Source: Thermoplasmatota archaeon (GTDB taxonomy: Archaea > Thermoplasmatota > E2 > DHVEG-1). Taken from it: DNA of 64,000 nt. The position numbers were made by a program, and so were the translations under genes. Shown here in pieces: positions 8,988-16,728 of this stretch. Location: the NCBI GenBank assembly GCA_025457885.1, contig JALOTN010000004.1, forward strand, positions 10,875 through 74,874, given 5' to 3'. Under the pieces are notes generated by a model. It saw nothing but the letters and a program-made list of their open reading frames with translations. It searched no databases and was not told where the DNA came from. Position 1 is the stretch's first letter; every line of letters begins with the position of its first letter.

Positions 8988-9968
8988 ATGAAATCCTTCA
9001 TCAAACCTCGAATCGTTATCAGCAAATGCATTGAATTTGACTTCTGCCGCTACAACAGCCAAATCATCCGCAGCCCAATCGTTAGCACCCTCAAACCCTA
9101 TGTCGAGTTCCAGCCCATCTGCCCTGAAGTAGAAATCCAACTAGGGGTACCAAGAGACCCTATCCGCATCATCGAACAACATACCAACAAAAAGTTAGTA
9201 CAACCAACAACCGGTAGAGATGTCACCGATGCGATGCAAACATTCACCCAGCACTTCCTTGCCTCACTTCAAGGAATTGACGGTTTTTTATTAAAATCAC
9301 AGTCTCCCTCCTGTGGGACGCGAGATGTGAAAATCTATCCAGCGGTCCTCCATTCTGCACCAGTACGCAGGGAAGCAGGATTCTTCGGAGAACAAGTCCT
9401 CCAACGGTTCCCCCATCTTGCCATCGAAGATGAGATGCGACTCCAGAACCCCGTCATCCGACAACACTATCTCACAAAGATATTCACCTTCGCCGCCTTC
9501 CGATCGGTCAAAGACAAAGCATCACTCCAACGGTTATTACAGTTTCACACAGAAAACAAATACCTCCTCATGGGATATAGTCAAAAAGAACTCCGCATCC
9601 TAGGCAATATCCTTGCGAACCAAGAGAAACAACCACTTCCCAAGATGTTCACCGAGTATGAACACCATCTGCATCTAGCGTTTCTTAAGGCACCACGATA
9701 CACCTCCCAGATAAATGTACTGAACCATACCTTTGGATACATCTCAAAAGAGCTCTCCGCTGCAGAAAAAAGGTTTTATGCAGACCTCCTCGAAAAATAC
9801 AAAAATGGACAGATTCCACTCAGCGTCCCAGTCAACCTCATACGCTCCTGGGTCATCCGATTCGAACAAAGCTATCTCTTACCTCAGACCTTTTTCGAAC
9901 CCTACCCTAATCAACTCCTGGACATAGAAGCGATAAAAGCAAGCGAGGTGAGGGATTTCTGGAAGTAA
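8988..9968 (+). CDS. DUF523 (TudS thiouracil desulfidase) plus DUF1722 fusion, YbgA/RudS-like
   Basis: N-terminal SKC..CRYN, ICPEVE.LGVPR and SPSCG Fe-S motifs; C-terminal FHTENKYLLM, NVLNHTFGY and FFEPYP. Sits next to the photolyase. Confidence 0.88.
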   Translation: MKSFIKPRIVISKCIEFDFCRYNSQIIRSPIVSTLKPYVEFQPICPEVEIQLGVPRDPIRIIEQHTNKKLVQPTTGRDVTDAMQTFTQHFLASLQGIDGFLLKSQSPSCGTRDVKIYPAVLHSAPVRREAGFFGEQVLQRFPHLAIEDEMRLQNPVIRQHYLTKIFTFAAFRSVKDKASLQRLLQFHTENKYLLMGYSQKELRILGNILANQEKQPLPKMFTEYEHHLHLAFLKAPRYTSQINVLNHTFGYISKELSAAEKRFYADLLEKYKNGQIPLSVPVNLIRSWVIRFEQSYLLPQTFFEPYPNQLLDIEAIKASEVRDFWK

Positions 9969-10453
9969 AAAAAACAGATGAACAGAATAACACGACAGAA
10001 CCATCACAGGATCTCCGTCGTCTCATCCACACCCTCCTGTCCAGCCAGCATTTCGCTGTGATTGCGACAGAGTCACATCATCACCCCTACACCAGCCTCG
10101 TTTCATTTGTCCCTTCATCGGACGATACTCATCTTTATTTCCCAACAAAAAAAGAGACACAGAAATTTTTTAATATATCAAAAAACCCGCATATCGCTGC
10201 CCTCATCGATAATCGAGAGAACACCCCCGGTGATTTCTCGAAGGCTACCACGGTCATTGCATTAGGAGTTGCCTCTGCAGTAGAGACGAACAAAGAACAT
10301 ATTAGGGAACTTCTCCTCCAAAAACACCCTGATTTATCTGATTTCATCTCTCATCCAGACTGTGCGCTTATCGACATCACCATAACGACCTATCAGATTG
10401 TACAACAATTCGAAAAAGTAAAGATCCTGCGTCTGAGAGATGTACCAGAATGA
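9959..10453 (+). CDS. Pyridoxamine 5'-phosphate oxidase-like FMN-binding split-barrel protein
   Basis: QHFAVIAT..PYTSLVSF, PTKKETQKFFNI.KNPHIAALIDNR. The frame stays open upstream of the track start (10058); likely start is CTG 9959 after GAGGTG, but this is uncertain. Confidence 0.8.
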   Translation: MEVKKTDEQNNTTEPSQDLRRLIHTLLSSQHFAVIATESHHHPYTSLVSFVPSSDDTHLYFPTKKETQKFFNISKNPHIAALIDNRENTPGDFSKATTVIALGVASAVETNKEHIRELLLQKHPDLSDFISHPDCALIDITITTYQIVQQFEKVKILRLRDVPE

Positions 10454-11787
10454 TTCAGCAGGAACGCATCCAGCAGCTCAATTCTCATTCCATCGGCTCA
10501 GGAGATTATGTACTCTACTGGATGCAAGCATCACAACGAATTCTAGATAATCATGCGTTACAATACGCGATACAGAAAGCCAATGAATACCAGAAACACC
10601 TCGTAGTTTTTTTTGGTTTGACACCTTCTTTTCCCGAGGCGAACCAAAGACATTACACTTTCATGCTTGAAGGTCTCAAAGAAACACAACAATCGCTTGA
10701 AAAACAAGGTATCACTTTTATCATTCAACCAATCTCACCAGAACAAGGAATCAAGAGACTCGCAACAGATGCATTACTCCTTGTCGTCGATAGAGGGTAC
10801 CTGCGTATTCAACGACAATGGAGACAGATAGTAGCCCAGCAGGTGCGTTGTCCACTACTCCAAGTTGAGACGGATGTCATCGTCCCCATTGATGTTGTGT
10901 CACAGAAAGAAGAATATGCGGCTGCAACCATCAGACCAAAGATACTGAAAAACCTAGAAAAGTTCCTGGTCCCCATCGAACCAGAACCACTTCAAAAAAC
11001 CTGTACGATGCATCATTTCGACTCACTTGACCTTTCGGACATACCCCGTCTTATAACGAACCTTCAAATCGATTCAACCGTGAAACCATCCGCACTATTT
11101 CATGGGGGGACGTCTGCTGCATTGCGATTCCTCCGTCGATTCATCACCCAGAAACTACCATGTTTTTCTGAGTTAAGAAATGACCCGAGCAAAGAATTTT
11201 GTTCCTATCTTAGCCCGTATCTTCATTTCGGTCAAATCTCCCCCTTAACGATCGCATTGAAAATTCGTGCAACAAAGGACCCCAACACTGACGCATTCCT
11301 CGAAGAACTCATCGTGCGAAGGGAGCTGAGTATGAACTATGTATACTTCAACAAAGACTATGATTCCTTCGCTGGTTTACCCTCATGGGCGAAGACAACG
11401 CTTCTCAACCATGTAAAAGACCCTCGACCGTATCTTTATACCGAAGAGGAACTTGAGACTGCAAAGACTCATGACCCGTTCTGGAACGCGGCTCAACGAG
11501 AAATGACACAGACAGGGAAGCTGCAAGGATATATGCGGATGTATTGGGGGAAGAAAATCATTGAATGGACTTCATCACCACAGGAAGCTTTTCAACTGGC
11601 TCTCCGGTTGAATAACAAATATGAACTGGATGGAAGAGACCCCAATGGATTCGCTGGTGTCGCCTGGTGCTTTGGGAAGCACGACCGAGCATGGAAGGAA
11701 CGACCGGTCTTCGGGAAAGTCCGTTACATGAATGACGCGGGTCTGACAAGGAAATTTGATATGACATCCTATATCAGGAACTTATAA
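10450..11787 (+). CDS. phrB: Class II CPD photolyase
   Basis: YVLYWMQASQR..DNHAL, LSPYLHFGQIS, FLEELIVRRELS, THDPFWNAAQ, GYMRMYWGKK, LDGRDPNG and FGKVRYMN. Confidence 0.95.
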   Translation: MIQQERIQQLNSHSIGSGDYVLYWMQASQRILDNHALQYAIQKANEYQKHLVVFFGLTPSFPEANQRHYTFMLEGLKETQQSLEKQGITFIIQPISPEQGIKRLATDALLLVVDRGYLRIQRQWRQIVAQQVRCPLLQVETDVIVPIDVVSQKEEYAAATIRPKILKNLEKFLVPIEPEPLQKTCTMHHFDSLDLSDIPRLITNLQIDSTVKPSALFHGGTSAALRFLRRFITQKLPCFSELRNDPSKEFCSYLSPYLHFGQISPLTIALKIRATKDPNTDAFLEELIVRRELSMNYVYFNKDYDSFAGLPSWAKTTLLNHVKDPRPYLYTEEELETAKTHDPFWNAAQREMTQTGKLQGYMRMYWGKKIIEWTSSPQEAFQLALRLNNKYELDGRDPNGFAGVAWCFGKHDRAWKERPVFGKVRYMNDAGLTRKFDMTSYIRNL

Positions 11788-11804
11788 AACATCACTCAGA
11801 GGAC

Positions 11805-11812
11805 TTTTTTTT
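11805..11812 (+). terminator. T8 tract after the photolyase
   Basis: Poly-T downstream of the stop codon in a convergent gap, typical of archaeal terminators. Confidence 0.45.
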
Positions 11813-11819
11813 ATGAGAT

Positions 11820-12461
11820 TTATGGCACATGCAGTTCTTTGTCATGACGTATTAATGGAGTGTTGATTAAGGCTCTGAGGAAATCTATCGGGGGAAACTG
11901 TTCTTTATACCCAAGGACTGCGACATAGTCCCCTCCTTTCTGGTAGGGGTCCCAATAATAGACGGAATACGTCCCTGTAATGTTGATCGTCTCATCGAAC
12001 CGTGGGCCTTGATAGTATGATTTTCCACCAAATAGCTCATAGAACTGATCCCGTGGGCTCCCCGGTGGAGCATCTGCTTTTATGATCACGCCACACCCCT
12101 CAGGGATCTCAAATGGTAGGGTCTGATTGGGTGGGGGGAGTCCAGGACCAACCAAGGCAAACCACGGAGTGAAATTCGCATAGAACCCATCACAGACCGG
12201 GACAATAACCTCAAGGAAAATCTGTAATGGCTTGTCTTGTATATTGAACTGGTATACATCGATGTCTGTTGCTGGATTTACCCAGTCGGTCTCCAACCAG
12301 GAATACACTGCGATTGATTGGGTGATTGATCTTCTCACCTTGAATGGTTCTTCAATGGTCGAATCCCGACGTTCCAGATAAGGAACGTGAGCAAGAACGG
12401 TCGGCATAAAAAATAAGAAGCTGCTTATGATTACAAAGATAAACAAGCGTAACCTTTTCAT
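11820..12461 (-). CDS. Secreted hypothetical protein, divergent from the heliorhodopsin
   Basis: Signal peptide ending VLA-HVP; DIDVYQF, FYELFGGKSYYQG and GDYVAVLGYKEQF. Confidence 0.7.
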   Translation of the reverse strand: MKRLRLFIFVIISSFLFFMPTVLAHVPYLERRDSTIEEPFKVRRSITQSIAVYSWLETDWVNPATDIDVYQFNIQDKPLQIFLEVIVPVCDGFYANFTPWFALVGPGLPPPNQTLPFEIPEGCGVIIKADAPPGSPRDQFYELFGGKSYYQGPRFDETINITGTYSVYYWDPYQKGGDYVAVLGYKEQFPPIDFLRALINTPLIRHDKELHVP

Positions 12462-12589
12462 AATATCCTAACTCATTAACCATATATAAATATTTTTTTC
12501 CCTATAATTTTTGATTTTCGTAACAATCCCAAAAAGCAGATAAAGCCAAAATGATTTCATTGTATCAAAAACGTGGGGAGAATGTATCC

Positions 12590-13507
12590 ATGTCTGATAT
12601 GAAAATCATGTGTCCGAAATGCCGCCATCAGTTCAATACCACAGGTGCACCAAACGAAAAAATCTATGTCACCTGTCCCTCCTGTAAGACCTATGGGACG
12701 TTTCTGGTCCCAGCAGGAGCCTGCGACCCGAAGAAAGTGGAATGTTTCACAGATATAGGAGATACCCGTTTTCGGAAATTACGGATTTTTAATGCCGTGA
12801 TGGGTGTCATCCATATGATTCAGGGGATCCTTATGCTTATTCTGAGTAATTCTTTTACCTTACCTCTTTGGTACACACGCCCAGAGTATAACGCGGTCAC
12901 CAACACGATTTCACCTGTTTCAGTGGAATTTTTGAAGCTTCCAATTGGACCACTTGTCGCCTTGTTCCTCTTCATGTCGGCAACAGCACACATCCTCCTT
13001 TCCACGGTGCTGTACAAATGGTATGTGAACAATCTGAAGAATCATATCAATCCTGCCCGTTGGTATGAATACTCTTTAAGTGCGTCCCTTATGATTTTCC
13101 TTATTGCCATGTTGGTCACGATTTATGATTTTGGAACGTTACTTGCGCTATTCACCTTGACAGCCGTGATGAACCTTATGGGGTTAATGATGGAGCTTCA
13201 TAATCAGACGACGACAAAGACGAAATGGACGTCGTTTAACATCGGATGCCTCGCAGGATTCATCCCTTGGGTTGTGATCTTCATCCCTCTGGTGATGGCG
13301 TCATCAGTCCCGGATTTTGTCATTGCGATTTTTATTACGATCGCGGTGTTCTTCAACCTCTTCGCCATCAACATGTTCCTTCAGTACAAGCGAATTTGGA
13401 AATGGAAGGATTACCTCTATGGTGAGCGGATGTATATCGTCCTCAGTCTGGTTGCTAAATCTGCTCTCGCCTGGCAGGTGTTCGCCGGAACCCTTCGACC
13501 AATGTAA
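12590..13507 (+). CDS. Heliorhodopsin with an N-terminal zinc-ribbon extension
   Basis: Seven TM segments; FNAVMGVIH, SATAH, NPARWYEYSLSAS (counterion Glu) and YGERMYIVLSLVAKSALAWQ (retinal Lys). N-terminal CPKC..CPSC. GGGGAG precedes ATG 12590. Confidence 0.95.
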   Translation: MSDMKIMCPKCRHQFNTTGAPNEKIYVTCPSCKTYGTFLVPAGACDPKKVECFTDIGDTRFRKLRIFNAVMGVIHMIQGILMLILSNSFTLPLWYTRPEYNAVTNTISPVSVEFLKLPIGPLVALFLFMSATAHILLSTVLYKWYVNNLKNHINPARWYEYSLSASLMIFLIAMLVTIYDFGTLLALFTLTAVMNLMGLMMELHNQTTTKTKWTSFNIGCLAGFIPWVVIFIPLVMASSVPDFVIAIFITIAVFFNLFAINMFLQYKRIWKWKDYLYGERMYIVLSLVAKSALAWQVFAGTLRPM

Positions 13508-13567
13508 GACAAACCATCCTCATCCATTCTTCAGAGTAATGAGTAAAACCCCGGAGAATCAGTACCA

Positions 13568-14209
13568 ATGAGCAGCGGCGCGGGTAACCCAGGTATAATA
13601 GATGTCCCCTATTTCCAGCAGACGCGGACCGCAACCTGTGGTCCTGCGTGTCTGATGATGGTGATGAACTATTGGGATTCTTCTTTTGATTTATCAAGGA
13701 AGATGGAATTCCGACTTTGGACACAGAGTTACTCATTGTTTTTACTTGGTGGAACATTTCAATATGAGTTGGCATCCACCGCCGCAGCTTATGGTTTTCA
13801 CCCGGAGATTTCTCAAAAGACAGGATTCTCCACAGAATACCCACGATTCCCACAACTTGCGACACTGATTGAAAACATGGTCTCTTACAAGGCGCGTCGT
13901 ATGAACATCCCTATCCATTATGGATCTGAGAATATTACAGTGATCCGTAAAGCGCTTTCTGAGAACATCCCACCGATTGTTTTTATCAATCTGTTGCCTC
14001 TTCTTGGTGAGAATGTCCTCCATTGGGTCGTTGTCACTGGACTAGATGAACAGTTGGTTCATATAAACGATCCATACATCCCTAAAGGTTTTTTAGGGAA
14101 ACAAAAGAAAAACCATCCTGTTCCAAGAGACGTTTTTTTAAAAGCGATGGAAACACAAACCGGTCGTATCTACCGACTCCCACCATGTGTCGTCCTCATT
14201 AAACCATAG
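13568..14209 (+). CDS. Peptidase C39-like cysteine protease
   Basis: YFQQT..TCGPACLMM, HWVVVTG and INDP supply the Gln/Cys/His/Asp catalytic set. Confidence 0.85.
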   Translation: MSSGAGNPGIIDVPYFQQTRTATCGPACLMMVMNYWDSSFDLSRKMEFRLWTQSYSLFLLGGTFQYELASTAAAYGFHPEISQKTGFSTEYPRFPQLATLIENMVSYKARRMNIPIHYGSENITVIRKALSENIPPIVFINLLPLLGENVLHWVVVTGLDEQLVHINDPYIPKGFLGKQKKNHPVPRDVFLKAMETQTGRIYRLPPCVVLIKP

Positions 14210-14274
14210 AAACACAATTGGGGTTTTCTTTTGAAACGAACCTTTAAATGACCCTAATGTTTTGATGATTCATC

Positions 14275-15564
14275 ATGCGGATTCTTATCACGGATGAAAT
14301 GAGCCTTAGTACGGTCTTTACTCCTTTTGATCGTTCGTTTCTCTATTCGTTTTCATTTATTCCAACTGTGATTACTGCACGACAGTTGGCTGCGGTGACA
14401 CCCTCAGCCCATCTAGTGACAATCCAAGAAGGAAACCGACCTATCGATTATGATGCATCCTATGATGTGGTACATATAAATTTCAAAACCGCGCTTGCTC
14501 CCCGGGCGTATGAGGTTGCTGATGCGTTCCGGAAGAGAGGAAATCGTGTCATCCTCAGTGGGTATCATCCCTCTGCTCTGCCTGATGAGGCGATGCAACA
14601 TGCGGATGGAATCATAATTGGTGATGCTATCACCCTCTGGCCGGTCGTGGTAAGAGACCTTGAAAATAATACACTCCGACCTCTGTACACCTCTGCTGAT
14701 ACCCCTGAGACACTAATTCTTCCCTCGACATCTTCTGTTACACTGAAGAGTCTTCAATTGACCAATTCCATTGAGGCGACTCGTGGTTGTCCCCATAAAT
14801 GTGATTTCTGTCAGGATTCAAATATTCGAGATGGATCTATGTTTCGCACCCGGTCTCTTGATGATGTCATTGAAGAGGTCGCCTCCCTTCAGCAAAAAGT
14901 ATTTTTCTTCACTGATTTTTCGTTGACTATCGATTTAGCGTATACGAAAGAGTTGTTTCGTTGTCTACGACCGTTGAAAAAGAAGTTTATCTGCGGCGGG
15001 AACATTGATGTTCTTGGTGAAGATGAAGAGCTGCTTCGATTGTCTCATGAGGCTGGATGCATTGAATGGATCAGTGGTTTTGAAACGTTTTCCCAGGAAT
15101 CACTTGATGGTGCGCATAAAAAATCAAACATCGTGGATGACTATACAAGGGCTGTGAAGAATATCCATAAACACAGGATGGCTGTGTTTGGAACATTCGT
15201 CCTTGGTTTTGATGAAGACACCCCCGATATCTTTCAGACGATGCAAACCCACATTGGGAGGCTTGGGATTGATGCAGTAAATTTTGCTCTTCTCACACCC
15301 TACCCAGGGACTCCCTTGTTCTCGCGGTTAGAAAAAGAGGGACGAATACTCACGAAGGATTGGTCATTATATAATCGGAAGAATGTTGTATTTGCACCAA
15401 AGAACATAACAAAAAAAGAACTGGAGGAAGGATTTCGAACCATCACCCGATCGTTTAGTTCCCTTCCTTCGATGGGATATCGAACCGTCCGAAGTCTAAG
15501 TCTAGGAGTGTATCCCTGTCTAGCAACCTTTGCTGGAAACCTCGGACAATATATGAAAACGTGA
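14275..15564 (+). CDS. B12-binding-domain radical SAM protein
   Basis: RGCPHKCDFC motif; N-terminal GYHPSALPDEA..IIGDA; GFETF, FVLGFDEDT and LTPYPGTPL. Confidence 0.9.
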   Translation: MRILITDEMSLSTVFTPFDRSFLYSFSFIPTVITARQLAAVTPSAHLVTIQEGNRPIDYDASYDVVHINFKTALAPRAYEVADAFRKRGNRVILSGYHPSALPDEAMQHADGIIIGDAITLWPVVVRDLENNTLRPLYTSADTPETLILPSTSSVTLKSLQLTNSIEATRGCPHKCDFCQDSNIRDGSMFRTRSLDDVIEEVASLQQKVFFFTDFSLTIDLAYTKELFRCLRPLKKKFICGGNIDVLGEDEELLRLSHEAGCIEWISGFETFSQESLDGAHKKSNIVDDYTRAVKNIHKHRMAVFGTFVLGFDEDTPDIFQTMQTHIGRLGIDAVNFALLTPYPGTPLFSRLEKEGRILTKDWSLYNRKNVVFAPKNITKKELEEGFRTITRSFSSLPSMGYRTVRSLSLGVYPCLATFAGNLGQYMKT

Positions 15565-15583
15565 TCTGAGTGCATAAAAGTCG

Positions 15584-15605
15584 TTTTTTTTTTTTTTTTT
15601 TTTTT
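15584..15605 (+). terminator. T22 homopolymer after the radical SAM gene
   Basis: 22 consecutive T, about 20 nt after the stop codon, in a convergent gap. Confidence 0.55.
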
Positions 15606-15731
15606 AAATAATTTAGACTGGTGGATGTTTACCGAGTTATCTCGATATAAAACCAGATGAAAATGACATCGTTATCAAAATCGCTGATTCAGAAGCAAAA
15701 CACTATTTGTTCTAACAAGAGACATCAAATA

Positions 15732-16658
15732 TTAGGCGATATGACACACATTCGACCCTTCATCGGTGCATATCTGAAGGGTACATTCGATGATATTGTA
15801 TTTCTTCAAAAGATAATCATTTATTTTTGAAATGGCGTCCTCTTGTGTACCCTGGATTTTATTTGACTCAAGCTGCATATGAGCAGAAAACACAAGCATA
15901 TCCGGAGTGATTGACCAGAGATGGACATTATGGAGGTCTCGTATTTCCGGGAAATTCTTTTTCAGATCCTCCGAAATCATAGCGATGTTCAAACCCTTCG
16001 GTGCTGTCTCCAAGAGAATCCTTGTGGAATCTTTTAATACACCCCATGCCCAAAACACGATGATAATGGAAATACCAATACTGACAATTGGATCAATGAA
16101 GATCCAGTTCGTAAACATGATAATTAGAGCTGCGATGACGATACCAACTGATGAGATTGCATCAGCGAACATATGATAAAACACCCCACGGATATTCAAA
16201 TCCTTCTGGTGAGCTCCTCGTAGGATAAGGATGCTTAGGATGTTCACCGTTAAACCGATACATGCGATAAGGAGCATTTCCGTACCAAGAATTTCAATGG
16301 GATGGATGAACCGTAAAACAGCTTCGTAAATGATGATTCCTACGACAACCAGTAGAAATAATCCATTCACAAACGCAGCAAGGACCTCTGCCCTGTACAA
16401 CCCGAATGTTTGATGATGACAGGGTGGTTTCCGTGCGATGAGGATAGCTGCAAGTCCGATAATTAAGGCGAACGCATGGGTAAACATATGCCCTGCGTCA
16501 CTGAACAACGCCATGCTGTTTGTCAGATACCCCCCGATAAACTCTAGGACCATAGCGATAATTGTAATTGACAGAGAAATCATGAGTTTCTTCTGTTCAA
16601 CATGCCGATATTCAAAGAGATGCTCTGCATCGGGAGAACTTTTCTTGTCATCCTTCAT
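15732..16658 (-). CDS. Cation diffusion facilitator, Zn/Co/Cd efflux, CzcD/ZitB-like
   Basis: SMALFSDAGHM, TFGLYRAEVLAAFVN, NIRGVFYHMFAD and LHNVHLWSIT; start codon uncertain. Confidence 0.9.
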   Translation of the reverse strand: MKDDKKSSPDAEHLFEYRHVEQKKLMISLSITIIAMVLEFIGGYLTNSMALFSDAGHMFTHAFALIIGLAAILIARKPPCHHQTFGLYRAEVLAAFVNGLFLLVVVGIIIYEAVLRFIHPIEILGTEMLLIACIGLTVNILSILILRGAHQKDLNIRGVFYHMFADAISSVGIVIAALIIMFTNWIFIDPIVSIGISIIIVFWAWGVLKDSTRILLETAPKGLNIAMISEDLKKNFPEIRDLHNVHLWSITPDMLVFSAHMQLESNKIQGTQEDAISKINDYLLKKYNIIECTLQICTDEGSNVCHIA

Positions 16659-16728
16659 AGGTTTTGTCGACTCTTTTCCACTGATACTCCTTGTTTGCAA
16701 CGATTTTTAAGCTTTTTTGATTTTTCTC

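Noticed and set aside
13568-15564. C39 peptidase plus B12 radical SAM as a RiPP cluster
   Set aside because: No precursor peptide, transporter or SPASM/RRE domain is visible; both families are common stand-alone genes.
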